Positions 1 to 13,487 of a stretch of 64,000 nt of DNA are shown here, piece after piece; position 1 is the first letter of the stretch, and each line of letters opens with the position of its first letter. The position numbers and the translations under genes are program-made. Below the pieces are notes generated by a model. That model was not told the DNA's origin, ran no database searches, and worked only from the letters and a program-made list of their open reading frames with translations. The DNA comes from Azolla caroliniana (lineage: Eukaryota; Plantae; Polypodiophyta): positions 14,632,001-14,696,000 of the forward strand of contig JBHGNT010000005.1 of assembly GCA_043228905.1 (NCBI GenBank), in the 5' to 3' direction.

Positions 1-1815
1 GTCGAAACCCTTTTACAACTAATTTGGCCTTGAATTTTGGCATGGTGGAATCATATGTCTCTTTTAGTCTATAGACCCATTTGCATAGAAGATCACATCG
101 ATTCTTCGATAATTCAATTAGGTTCCAAGTCTTGTTTTGTTGAATGGAGTTCATCTCTGACTCCATCTCCAAATGTCATGTAGTTGAATCGGTTGACGCC
201 GATGCTTCTTCGTATGACGTCAACTCACCACCATTCGTGAAGAAGATTCCATGAGAGTATCCCTCCGGAGGCTGTGATAGTCTCTTAGACCTTCTTGGTA
301 TGACTGGACTAGTCACATCGGGTGTCTAGATCAGATGGTCTAGAGCTGAAACATTCAGTTGTGCCAAATCAGTCGATGACAAATCAATGTTGGTGGATTC
401 GGCTACCCATGAAGCCAACCTCGTGTTATGGGTTGGGCCATCATGAAGGGTAGGCACCTCGGAAAAAGTTACCCTTCGGACTTCAATAGGCCTTTCGACC
501 GTCTTATGCTTAACCAACTCATTGAACACTACGTCTGAACTTCAGACGATTTTTCTGCGCTCAGTGTCCCATAGTTGGTATCTGATCATGCCGTCTGGTC
601 CATGGCCACGGAAAATGCCTTTCTTGGACCTCGGTTCTACTTTTCAGTGATCATCTTTCAATATGAGAGTATATGCCTTGCATTCGAAAATCCTTAGCTT
701 GTCGTAATTTGCCTTACAGCCTCTCCATAATTCTTGAGGTATTCGAAGACCTAGAGGCCTACTCGGCGACATATTGATTATGTGTACTGCTATAAGTAGG
801 GCCTCTACCTAGAAGCGATCTGATAGTCCGGAGTGTTGGAGCATAGAAACAAGTCGTTCTTGAATTTTCCGATTCATCCATTCGGCAATTCCATTTTCGT
901 TGTGTATTCTCGTTGAATGCCGTGTTGTCGGCAAAATTTGACGAATTCTACAAACTTCAACTTTGCCCCATTGTTGGTTCGAAGACATTTCAATTTTGAT
1001 TTTACTTATTCTCTACCATGGTGAGCCATTCCTAAAAGATTGGGAACACTCAATCTTTTGTTTTGGTTGGATATGCCCACAAGGTCGAGTCATCAATAAA
1101 GCTGACAAAATACAAGGCACCACCAAGAGACTGATGTGGCATCGGGCCATAGACGTCCGAGTGGACCAAATCGAGCGGGATTGATTCTCTTGGTGCTACA
1201 GTCGGGCATGAGGCCATGACCCTCTTCCCATACTAGCAATGCTCATAGAATTGCTAGTCAGAGAAGGAGAGTTTGGGGATGTATCCGGCTCTAGATAAGT
1301 GTGTGATGTTGGCTATGCTGAGGTGTCCGAGTCAACCATGCCATAATGATGACACGGGAATGTTGACTAGAAACAAGTCACCTTCTCTAAGTGTGACATA
1401 TAGCGGGTACGTTGAATGTACTTTCAGCCCTGGAGCAAGTAGGAGGTTCCCCCTGTGCATTGTCTACCCTGTTGATGAGAAGCCCTGTTGATGAGAAGCC
1501 AGAACAAATGCCCTTTTGATCAAGTTGCCCGACCGAGATCAATGGTCTTGAGAGCTTTGGTACATGTCGGACATCGTGTAGTATTAATGTAGAGCCACAC
1601 GGAAGGTTAAGCTCTATAGTGCCGATTCCAATTATGGCACAGTGTTGCAAGCTTCCGACTTGGACTAAGTCGGAATGTTGGGCTTAATATTACCAAAATT
1701 AGGATCTATGAGGGGTCACATCAAAGGAAGTGCTTGAATCCAAGAGCCATGTGCTCGATTACTCAGTCGCAAGCAGAACTTTTGATTCAACATGGTTTTC
1801 AATCGATAGTACATT
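1..1815 (-). mobile_element. Degenerate Ty1/copia element D, pol part (protease, integrase, start of RT; runs off the left edge)
   Basis: Minus strand reads STWLLDSSTSFDVTPH (~1715-1760, protease), LHDVRHVPKLSRPLISVGQLD (ORF 1387..1650), integrase remnants, and PKFKAKLVVKGF at 1-40 (RT start). Many stops and frameshifts. Confidence 0.85.
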
Positions 1816-4134
1816 GGGGTCAGTCCTTTATGGGCTTGTATAAAAGTGCTCACTGAGCACATTCTATTATTTTGAATTTTGAATTCTCTATTCTTAAGCT
1901 TCCATTAAACCTTCACTCTCTGTTTTATTGTTGTAATCTAGTTGAGCCGGTTTGTCTACAAGCTTTCGTACGCTATTCTTTACATGGTATCAAAGCGCTT
2001 CCAACTATGCATCTTGATTGTACAAGATGCACCAGTACCTACTCGGGCACGGTTACTAGAATTATGTCGAGGGAGCTAACGATACAGTACCTGATGCGGC
2101 ACACACGGACTTCCCAACTTGGGAGCAGGCGGCAAGCGGAGTTATGTACTACTTTGTCTTCAATGTCGGTGATCAGTTGTTGAGCCATATCCGGGACGCC
2201 AAGATGCCGGAGGTAGCTTGGGGAAACCTGAAGAAGTTCTTCACCACGAGCACCACGGCCTGGGAGTTGCAACTTCGACAGGAGTTGAGCAATGTCCGAC
2301 AGAAGGACATGTCGGTGGCCAACTACACGGCCTGGATCAAAGATATCTATCAACATAATCGTCGAGGAAGATGAGATGGTGCAGATTTGTTTCGGGGGCC
2401 CGACGTCGAAGTTCAGAGCATTCCAGACGGCGGACTGTACAAGGGAGAATACGCCCTCATTTTTCGACCTACAGTCGATGCTCCTAGTACAGGACAACCA
2501 CACCGGTGCGTCAACAAACAAGCACAATGACAATAGGATGTTGTACACGGAGGCGGATCGGCACGCAGTGGAGGTGGCTGACAAGAGCTGAATTGGAGGC
2601 ACAATGATGGTGCCGACAACAGTTTCGGACCCTCCACAAGCAAGGGGATTCAAGGCGGTGTCGGGAGCCGACAAGAGAAGACCGCAACAGAATGTTGGTA
2701 CTGTGCCCGGAACGACCATAGAGAGAGTGAGTGATGGAAGAAGCGTGCCGATTCAGACAAATCTAGATCTGGCAAGACCGGTCAAGGAAGCCGGCAAACC
2801 TTGCACTACACCGAGGAATTGGAAAAATCCGATTCAGGAACAAGCCCAGCCTTTGTGATGAAACACAAGGCTAACTCGATGAAGAAAAACAATTCAAAAC
2901 CGAACGAGGTATGGTACATCGATTCTGGAGCATCAAACCACATGAAAAACCACACGAAGTGGTTTTCTTATCTAGGTAATTTGGAACAACCGGGGGTGGT
3001 CGAAACCGGAGACGACACCCCGCATAACATCAAGCACATCGGAGAGGTTCCCCTCAACCATGTCGGGCAAAAGGGAAAGCTGACGAATGTCCTGCACGTC
3101 CAGAAAATCACAAAGAATCGTGTGTAAGTCGGATAGATTCTCGATCAAGGGATGCAGGTTCGGTCCACGCACCTCAGGTGATTCATCGAAGAAGAGGGTA
3201 AAGTCATTGCGCGAGGGCGCCGAGATGTGAGGATGTTTATCCTCGAAACAAAAGATGTTGGCACCGCTTTGTTTGCAAAAGGACAGAAGGTCGAATCGGA
3301 CATAGACCTATGGCACAAGCGGATCGACCACATCAATTTCCAGAAGCTTGAAGAGATGCAGTCGAAACACGTGGTTTCCGAACTACCCAAGTTCAGTGGC
3401 TGGAAAGGCCAAATATGTGAACCTTGCCAACTCGGGAAGCAACATACGCTTCCCTTCCCCAATAAGAAGAATCAGAGCCGGAATCTGCTTGATCTCATCC
3501 ATTCGGATGTCTGGGGATCTACACAAAATGTGAGCATCGATGGGAGTTAGTTTTTCTTCTCCTTCATCGAACTGGATAAATATCTAATTGAGAAGAAAAG
3601 CAAAGTCTTCTCATGCTTCCGGGATTTGAAGAACCTTGTCGAACGCTAGACTGGAAGAAAGATCAAGTGTCTGAGATCGGATGGCGGAAAAGAGTACTTT
3701 TCCAACTAGTTCACAGGCTATATGCAGACGAAGGTATCCATTGGGAATTCGCTTGCAAATACACGCCGGAGCAGACGGGCGTGGCCAAGCGTTGAAACAG
3801 AGCGCTGGTAGAAGCAGCAAGGGCGATGCTTGAGGAGAAAAGCCTACCCGAGTTTTATTGGGCCGAAGCAATTCGGACAATTGTCTACATCCAGAATCGG
3901 ATATTTGCCTCAAGGACAAAGGTGTTGCTGCACGAACTGTATTTCCATCAGAAGCCGAATTTGGCACACCTTCGGGTGTTCGGTAGGATTGCATATGTGC
4001 ATGTACCAAAAGAAAAACATAAGAAGTTAGTCGCGAAAACCGAAAAGTGCATTCTCATCGGCTATTAGGATGAACAGAAGGGTTATAAGTGTTATAACCC
4101 CTGACCGAAAGCGGTCCGAGAGGCCGAGATGTCG

Positions 4135-4560
4135 TGTAAAAGAATACGTGTGCGGAAGCGTATGCGTAAGACACAGAGTACACAGTTTGGAAGTATGACA
4201 GTTCGGTAAAAACGCCGAAATCACAGAGAGAGAGAGAGAGAGAGAGAGAGATAGCAGAACAAAAACTATATTCAAAAATAAATCTCTGTATGTTCTCTGT
4301 GTGTGTACTTTGTGCTCAGTGAGCACCTTTTATACAAGCCCTGACTATTGGGCTAATACAAGTACTCACAATACTTGACTGCTCATAAATGAGCCTTCTA
4401 TATTAACTCCCAAAATTATTCCTTACGAGGAATAACGTTCTAAAGGCCTCTCGGTTTACGCACCGCTATGGCCATGTTGTGCGTATGGTTTTATGCACCC
4501 AGTCTACGCACTAGGTTACGCACCTGTTTACGCACCCAATGTTGAGATTGTATCTCAATA
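4135..4560 (-). repeat. 3' LTR of Copia B
   Basis: Aligns with 37559..38006; adjacent PPT; contains a (GA)n tract. Confidence 0.85.
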
Positions 4561-7500
4561 GTCCCCCTCAAGCTTATCTTGAGGTTCCATCCTATTGAGA
4601 GACAAGCTCAACATTTGTGCGTAATACGATGCGTAACCAGTGCGTAGACTGGGTGCATAAAACCGGTACGCAGACCGGTGCGTAGAAAGCCCGTATCGGT
4701 GCGTAGACCGAAAGGCCGTTAGAAAGATATTCCTCATAAGGAATAGTTTTGGGAGTAAGTCTCGAGGCTCATTTATGAGCAGTCAAGTACTGTCAGTACT
4801 TGGGTCAGCCCATTGTCAGGGCTTGTATAAAAGTGCTCACTGAGCACATCCTATATACAGATTGAGTATTATTTTCAAATTAAGTTCTTGTGTTACTCTC
4901 TCTCTCTGTCTCTCCCGTGTGTACTGTGCAAACCTAAGCTTTCCATTAAACCTGTGTTTTCTGTTGTTCGGTTTTCCTATATTGCTTCCGCACGCCATTC
5001 TTTTCATGGTATCAGAGCGCGAGGGTTGAGAACCTCTGCAGCTGACTTTGCTTAAAGGAAAAACCAACGAAAAAGAACAAGAAAACCGATGGACAGAGGA
5101 ATGGCTAGCTCGCTTCCAACGAAGAAGCTCGACAGAACCAACTACGCATCTTGGTCCTACAAGATGCACCAGTACCTGCTCGGACACGATTACTGGAGCT
5201 ATGTCGATGGAGCAAATGACACAACACCCGATTCGACACACAAAGACTTCCCGGTGTGGGAACAATCGACGAGCAGAGTGCTATACTGCTTCGCGTCCTG
5301 TGTGGGTGAACAGCTGCTAAGCTACGTTCGGGATGCAAAAATGCCGAAGGGTGCATGGGAAAATCTGAAAAGGATTTTCGCCGCGAGCACCACAGCCAGG
5401 AAGCTTCAGCTTCGACAGGAGTTGAGCAACCTACGACAACGCGATTTGTCGGTGGCTAACATACCTCGAGGATTAAGGACATATGTGACTCCTTAGCTTC
5501 CATCGATGTGAACATCAAGGAAAGCGAGATGGTCCAGGTCTGTCTCAGGGGTTTGGCGTCGAACTTCGGAGCGTTCCGAACTGTAGTGTGTACCCGGGAG
5601 AATACACCGTCCTTTTTCAACTTACAGTCGATGCTCCTGGTAAAGGAGAACCATGCGGGTACGTCGACGAGCACGCAAACCGATAGCAAGATGTTGTACA
5701 CGGAGGGAGAAAGGCCCCGTGGTCGTGGCGGACGAGGCGAGTTGGTACGCAATGGAGGCGGCCGACGGGATCAAGGAAGAAGGCACCAAAGTGATGCCAA
5801 CAGCAATTCCGAACTCTCCGGAAACAGGGGGAGTCGAGGCGACGAAAACCAGAGAGGGAAATCCGCCGCGGAATGCTGGTACTGTGGCAAGAAAGGCCAC
5901 AGGGAGAGCGAGTGTTGGAAGAAGTGCGCCGAGTCAGAGAGGACTGGTTCCGGATCTGGTTCCGGACATACCGACAAAGGAAATCGGCAGCGATCGCACT
6001 ACGCCGAAGGATCCAGAAAAGCCGGAAAAGGGTCAGTCTTCGTGACGAGACACGAAGCAAACTCAATGAAGCAGTCCGCCCCGAAATCAGACGAGGTGTG
6101 GTATGTCGACTCCGGTGCGTCAAACCACATGACGTGCCACGAGGAGTGGTTCTCATACCTTGAGAAACCGACACAACCATGAGTAGTCACAACTGGAGAC
6201 GACACTCCGCATCCGATCGCGAATGTCGGCGAAGTTCCCTTGAGCCATGTTGGGCAGAAAGGGAAACTTATGAACGTGTTACACGTCCTAACCATCACGA
6301 AGAATATGGTGTCAGTCGGGCAGATCGTCGACCAGGGGATGCAGGTTCGGTTTACGCATCTTGGGTGCTTCATTGAGGAAGAAGGCCGTATTATTGCGCA
6401 AGGGCGCAGAGATGGGAGGATGTTTATCCTCGACTCTATTGACGGTGGCACCGCAACATTTGCGAAGGGAGAAAAAGTCGAGTCGGACATCGACTTATGG
6501 CACAAGCGGATAGGCCACGTCAACTACTAGAGACTTCAAGACCTGCAATCGAAACAAGTGGTGTTCGGATTGCCCAAATTTAGTGGCCTGAAGGCACAAA
6601 TTTGTGAAGCCTGCCAGCTTGGGAAGCAACACTGACTTCCTTTCCCAAACGAGCGTAATCGGAGCCGGAACAAGCTAGACTTGATACACTCTGATGTGTG
6701 GGGGCCGGCACAAAATGTTAGTCTTGGCGGGAGCCGATATTTTGTCTCCTTCATCAACGACTACACGTGGCACACGTGGATCTACCTCATTGAGAGGAAA
6801 ACCGAAGTCTTCGACGGTTTTCGGGACCTCAAAGGGTTCGTGGAAACGGAAACAGGAAGAAAGTTCAAGTAACTGTGGTCGGATGGCGGAAAAGAATACT
6901 TTTCCGGTCAATTCAACGGTTATCTACAACAGATGGGAATTCGGCGCAAATTCAATTGTAGATACACGCCGGAGCAAAACGGCGTGGCCGAGAGGAAAAA
7001 TCAGTCGGTTGTGGAAGCTACATGCGCAATGCTGGAGGAGAAGAGCCTGCCTAAGTTCTATTGGGCCGAGGCGGTAAGAACCGCGGTATACATCCAGAAC
7101 CGAACCGAACAGAGCTATACTTCGGAAAAGAGCTGAACTTGCGACACTTATGAGTTTTCGGTAGCATTGCGTATGTGCATGTGCCTAAAGAGAAAAGGAG
7201 GAAGTTGGACACAAAAGCTGAGAAGTGTATCTTGGTCGGCTATTCGGACGAGCAGAAGGGTTATAAGTGCTATAACCCGCGTACCAAACAAGCGCGCGTG
7301 AGCCACGACGTTGTGTATGATGAGTCTGCGTCCTGGTACTTGCCTCCGACTCCGGACCTCACCTCCAATCCGAGCTCTAACGATGAGGCCGAGGTGCCTT
7401 CGACTGAGCCTGAAACCGAGACCCCCGAAGAGAGTCCGATTTCGTTTCGGTTAAGTGGACCAAATCGACGATTGAGTCGGTACGACTAGTCCGATGAAGA

Positions 7501-8039
7501 GCCGGGAGTAGTGGAGACTCGGTCGTGCATTCCCCGCGTAGGAAGCCGAGGAGACGGCTTACACGCAAAGAGAAAGGGAAGAAGAAGGTGTCAGATTCCG
7601 GCACGGATAGGAATGAGTCAGACCGACGCGAATCCGACTCGGAGGGAAGCGGCGACAGGCGTTCAGGAGCGAAGTCCGCGTCGGCCGAGAAGACCTCGAC
7701 ATCAGCTAATAACCGATTACGCCGATCTACCCGCCAAAAGAACCCAGTTGTGCAATTCGGATACAATGAGTACATGGCGCATCACTATGCGTACATGACC
7801 CGTGTAGCGGAAGTGCGTGAGCCGGAGAGCTACGCAGAAGCGGCTAAGGACGCGAATTGGCACGCCGCGATGGAGGAAGAGATGCACGCATTCGCGGAAA
7901 ACAAGACCTGGGACCTGGTTGACGCACCAAAGGATGTGAAGTCAATCGGATGTAGGTGGGTGTACAAGGTCAAGTACAACACCGACGGCTCGGTCAACCG
8001 ATACAAGGCCCGATTAGTGGCAAAAGGCTACGCACAGAA

Positions 8040-8481
8040 ACACGGCATCGACTACGATGAGACATTCGCGCCGGTCGCAAAGATGACGACCGTCCGTGTT
8101 TTGCTCACGGTAGCCACGGCCAAGGGGTGGCACCTACATCAGATGGATATAAAGAATGTGTTCCTCCAAGGTGAGTTTGAGGACCAAGTGTAAATGGTAC
8201 AACCCCCCGAATTTCACACCGGAACGAACACGTCGGCAGTATGCCGATTGAAGAAGTCCCTTTACAGATTGAAGCCAGACCCGCGTGCCTGGAATGCGAA
8301 AATCACGCATCGGCTGCGTCGGATGGGCTTTGAGACGTCAAAATCGGACTCCTCATTGTTCATTCGGAAAGGTCGACTCGGGCCGGTCAGTATTTTACTC
8401 TATGTTGATGACTTGGTCATCACCGGCGTCAACCTAGGTGAAATCAACCGCGTGAGGCTCCAGCTTGTGGCATCGTTCGAC
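8040..8481 (+). repeat. Copy 1 of a 442-bp direct duplication of A1 RT sequence flanking Gypsy G1 (copy 2 at 13488..13929)
   Basis: Both copies run ACACGGCAT(C/T)GACTACGATGAG ... GCATCGTTCGAC and share A1-specific residues (QGEFEDQV, TGVNLGEIN); roughly 16 mismatches by eye. Confidence 0.9.
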
Positions 8482-8926
8482 CGGCCAGCAAAGGAGTCCA
8501 GAGTGGGAAACGGAGAGCTAATTAAGTAGTAGGAATGTGGTTGTAATTAAGCTATGAGTGTAGACGGACGGACCGGAATCGGTATGCCGTTCCGGATCCG
8601 GATCGATCCCGAACAGGTGCGAATGGCACCGTTTTGTAATACAGACCGGAAACCTATTTAAAGGCCCGGATACAATGTAATAGTGAGCGGTTAATTAATG
8701 AAAGCTTAAGCGTTGTTATCTCTCTGTGTTAATTGCCATTCTGTCTTAATTGTTATATCTTACGCGTGTTATGAAAGACGATCCTAATAAGTAACTTAAT
8801 TAAGTCGGATTAAGCGTTGAAGTCTAATCCGGTTGCCGTAACACCCTTTGGTGAAGTGTCTCCCGTAGACACCCTGTGTTAGGCCATTGTCCGGCCCGAA
8901 GAGTTAACACAATTTTTGGCGACCAC

Positions 8927-9755
8927 GGATTACTACACGAAATGGGTGGAGGCCAAAGCTTTACGGGATAACACCGCTGCGTCAACGGCAAAATTTCTAT
9001 ATGAGTACATCTGGTGTCGTTACGGATGCCCCATTGAATTGATAAGTGACCAAGGGGGGCACTTTCTCGAACAAGTAGTTGAAAGCCTAACGACTTTCTA
9101 TGCCGTGGTCCACAAACGAAGCACACCTTAATATCCACAGGCGAACGGATTAGCGGAATCAACAAACAAGACGCTCCAGAATATCCTTCGGAAGATCGTC
9201 AACGAGAACCGGACGGATTGGGACACAAAGCTACATAGCGCGCTTTGGGCATACCGGACGGCATACAAAACGAGCATCCGAACAACCCCGTTCCGGTTGG
9301 CATTCGGACTCGAGGTGGTCATGCCGGTAGAATTTCAAGTACCTAGCTTACGGATCCAGCTACGAGAACGGCTGAACGAGAAGGAGTCGGAGACAATAAG
9401 GTTGACAGCGCTGTGTGAGCTGGAGGAACAACGGTTGGCCAGCATCCTACATTTAGAATTGGAGCAACGGCGACGGAAAGCATTCGTCGACCGGCACAGG
9501 AAAGGTAACGAAAAAATGTTCGCAATCGGCAAACCGGTGTTAGTATTCCAAACCCGGATGGGCAAGATGCTGGGTAAACTAAGGTTTAGATGGACCGGAC
9601 CGTATTGGCTAACACGGGAGTATAATGGGTCCTACCAGTTAGGGACACTTGCCGGCGAAGTGCTAGGCAAATGGGTCAACGGATTCCGGTTAAAGGCATA
9701 TAGAGGACCGATGCCTAAGAACCCATTTGAGCAAAAGACCGACGGCAACCACTAA
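8927..9755 (+). pseudogene. Gypsy integrase core and GPY/F domain (N-terminally truncated, one internal stop)
   Basis: TDYYTKWVEA, ISDQGGHF, YPQANGLAES, WAYRT, RWTGPY, WVNGFRLKAY. Confidence 0.9.
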
Positions 9756-10228
9756 GACGGCAGAGACGGCAAGCCGGGAACCGGAGAGAATGAGGCCGGT
9801 AAGGGTCCGGGAGGACCAACGGACAAGTGACGTCACACTAATAATAATAATAACTAAATTTAAAATTTTAAAATTTTAAAAAAAAAAAAAAAAAAACAAT
9901 CATGCAAAAGCGAGGAATGAATGGATGAAAGAGCGTGGAGCGAAAAGGTACGTAGTGGGCATTTAAAGCGCCACCACAGGACATAATGCTATTTTAAGTA
10001 CGCGACATGCACAAACTCGAAAAAGGCCCCAAAATGCACAGACAAAAACCATTGCGCGTAGAGACCCTCTACTTTCGCGAACCCAGGAGCACAGAAGCAC
10101 CGAAATGCTACAAGATCATCAGACAAGAACCTGCGCATAGAGAACCCCCGCCTTCTGAACTCTCTCTTTCTCAACCCCACTCTCATCACCATCCATCCTC
10201 GCCACTGCAATCCGACCCCGACACAGAG

Positions 10229-12999
10229 ATGGACCCGCAAACGCTGTCAAAAGCCGCCAAGACATAGCTGAAGCAACACGGGCTCGAGGGCTTCTTGATG
10301 ATGATGGAAGTACCGCCACACAAAGAAGCCGACAAAGTGATCAAGGAAATCGATACAGAGGTCATAACGGCAGAGGCGATTCGAGCGTTAACAGGCCTTC
10401 CGGAGGGAGGCACACTCATGATCGACAATCCAACCCCGGAGCAACTCATCAGGTATTTTGGTGAGTACTCTCTAGCCAGCAAGGGCTACCGGACACAGGG
10501 CAGCGGAGATATGTTGTTCCGCGAAATTGCTCGTGTGCTCCATGAATACAGCCACGTGTACCCTAGACCCCCTGTCATGCCGCAGAACCGGGCAGGGATG
10601 ATCATCGCCACCTATGAAGGGATCAAGGTGGATTGGCCGGTATTGATTGCAGACGGGTTGTGTGTGGCGATCGAGATCGTCAGGGGCAAAGACGACAAAG
10701 AAGGCCGAGACAGACGAAGGATATGGCACGTCGTAACGCAGTGGCTCACCTTGCTGGTGCCACCCGTTCAGACCGTCCAGCCCAAGAAGCGAGGAAGAGT
10801 GCCGGACGGCACACCAAGGACGGCTTCCAAATGGCAACAGCTATTGGCCTCGAAGGCCACTAAGGGAAAGGCGGCGGATGCAGAACAACGGCAGCAGGAA
10901 GCGCCAGCCGGAAGCGCCCAACGGAGGCGCAGGAGGAACCACCGGCACGGCCTGTAAAGGTCACACTCCGCCGACCGGTGAATCGAGAAGCGGACCCCTT
11001 GGTGGCAAAACTCAATGCCGGAGCTCAGGAGGAGGAAATAGAGGAGGAGCGTACGGAGCACCTCCAGCGACGGTTGTCGACAAGGACCGTTGAGGCAGCC
11101 GGGAAACGTTCGGACCCTCAGATAGAGGGAACACTGGCTCCCCATACTGAGACTCCTACGCCAAGGAAGGAACCGGAACCGGTGCAGATGGCACCGGAAA
11201 CAGAAGCCCTGGCACCACCAGCAACACCGGCAAGTCCCATCCCGCCAGAGCCGGAAAGGTCACTGCAGCCTCCCTCGGTCAGCCAAGAAGAAGCGCAAGG
11301 GGAACCAGGACAGCAGGATGGTCCACGGGCAGAAACGGAACTGCAACTCGGCGCGACCAGGCGGGACCACCCCTCTACAAGTGAGCCCATCTATCAAACC
11401 TCCGTGCAAGCACAACAAGGCACCGGTAGCCTGTGGCTCCGGTGGATAGGCGAACAGATAGCCGGAGCAGTGGGGTATATAGAGGCGGAAGAAAGAGTGC
11501 AAAGCGAACGGTTGCTCGTCACAACCGAACAACTAGAGACGGCCCGGTCCAGAATCCGGTGCCTTGAAAAAGACTTGGATCAGGTCACGACAGAGATGGC
11601 CAAAATACGGATCCAATCACCGGTGACTCCGGTAAGTGTACAGAATAAAGAAACGGAACGACCTGTACATAGCAATAAGACCCCGGCAACGGAAACCGTT
11701 CCGGCGAGCGATGCGGCGCAATCTTAGGAACTTGCGGAATTGAGAGAGGAACTTGCCGCACAAGAAGCGCTAAGGAGCCGTGAACGAGAATTGAAGACGG
11801 CGGCCGAAGCCAAATTAAAGAAGACTACTGAGAACCTCCGCCGGGCAGAGGAGAGCCTCCGGAAAGGCCATCAAGCGTACGACCGGCTAAAGGAGGAGAA
11901 AGACAAAGTGTAGCAGGAAAAGGACAAGCTGCGGAAAACGGCGGAAACAGAGATTGAACGGCTAAAGGAAGAGCTCCGCCAGCAGAAGGACCGTGAGGAC
12001 CGGGCCCGTCGTCAGATCAACGCACGGCTCAAGCAAAAGACGGATGATTTTGAGCACCTGCACCAGGACTACAAACGGCTGGAAACGGAGCATAAAGAAC
12101 GGATGGCCGAGCTCCAGCAGGCAGTTGATCGGGCCACGACGGCGATCGCCGACGAACAGGCGGAAAATACAAGACGCTTGGAAGAGGCGGAGAAGGTTTG
12201 GATGGAGCTCCAGAGGCAGCAGCAGGAAGACAAAGAGAGAGCGTCAACAGTATTGCAGAAATTACAAAGCACATATCAAAGGCAATTGACGCATTACAAG
12301 GCGCAGGCGGAGCACAACGTCAAAATCATCAAACAACTGAAGGAGGAACGACAAGCGGCGGAAACCAAATCGCAATTGGGAACGAGCCGGATTCAGTCCA
12401 TCCTCCAGAAATGGCTGAATCAGACGAAACACTTGATTGATGAAAGCTCCGTAAAATGGTGGACAAAGTGGGCACAAAACGCGGCGGAACTCCAGTTGCT
12501 ACGGGCGGATGTGGCAAACCGGCGGAAGGAAGGAGATGACTGTACGTTGACTTCCGAGGACTTCACCGCCATACGGGACGAGCTGGCCGACGACTTCCAA
12601 GTCCTGGCAGATGAACAGTTGGCGCAGGTCAGGCAGCTCGTAGCTCAGCTGGACGATGATAAGCTGGACGCTCAAATCCAGTTTGAAAGCTACAAGCGGT
12701 CCCGGGTGCGGGAAGAAAAAGCACGGGAAGCGACAATGGCTAACCTTAGTGATGAGGAACCGTCGCCGGCTGAGGGCCAGCCGGGAACCAGTCAACCGGA
12801 GACCACTACGACGCAGGGAGCAACGACGGAGACGCCGGTGTTAGAGACACAAACGGAGGAGCAGCCGCAGCAACCACCAACGGACCCGCCGCAGCAGACA
12901 GCAACAGAGCAGCAACAGCAACAACAACAACAACCACTTCCAGATGAACCATTGGAGCCTCTCGAACAAAGCATTCTGGACATTTTGGACGAAGAATAG
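10229..12999 (+). pseudogene. Additional sense ORF of G1 (~920 codons, four stops, one frameshift): globular N-terminus, P/E-rich linker, long coiled coil, Q/T/E-rich tail
   Basis: ORFs 10007..10267 and 10295..10957 share a frame; 10978..11727 and 12103..12999 share a second frame. Ends 55 bp before the 3' LTR. Confidence 0.7.
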
Positions 13000-13487
13000 C
13001 AAGGGTCGGTTGTGGATTCGACGTACAAGGTACTGTCCCACGGGCGTGCCATGTGTTACCAGCCAGCAAAGGAGTCCAGAGTGGGAAACGGAGAGCTAAT
13101 TAAGTAGTAGGAATGTGGTTGTAATTAAGCTATGAGTGTGGACGGACGGACCGGAATCGGTATGCCGTTCCGGATCCGGACCGATCCCGAACAGGTGCGA
13201 ATGGCACCGTTTTGTAATACAGACCGGAAACCTATTTAAAGGCCCGGATACAATGTAATAGTGAGCAGTTAATTAATGAAAGCTTAAGCGTTGTTATCTC
13301 TCTGTGTTAATTGCCGTTCTGTCTTAATTGTTATATCTTACGCGTGTTATGAAAGAAGATCCTAATAAGTAACTTAAGTAAGTCGGATTAAGCGTTGAAG
13401 TCTAATCCGGTTGCCATAACACCCTTTGGTGAAGTGTCTCCTGTAGACACCCTGTGTTAGGCCATTGTCCGGCCCGAAGAGTTAACA

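Larger units (their letters stand above)
8480..13487 (+). mobile_element. Non-autonomous non-chromovirus Ty3/gypsy element G1 (gag-PR-RT-RH deleted; partial INT plus extra 3' ORF)
   Basis: LTRs 8480..8909 (lacks the first TGTT) and 13054..13487 (TGTTACC...TTAACA). PBS TGGCGACCAC at 8917-8926 (tRNA-Arg-like) is fused directly to the integrase core. Confidence 0.9.

Noticed and set aside
9870-9897. Poly-A run as the tail of a retroposed insert
   Set aside because: No flanking TSD or recognisable body; treated as part of the G1 spacer.
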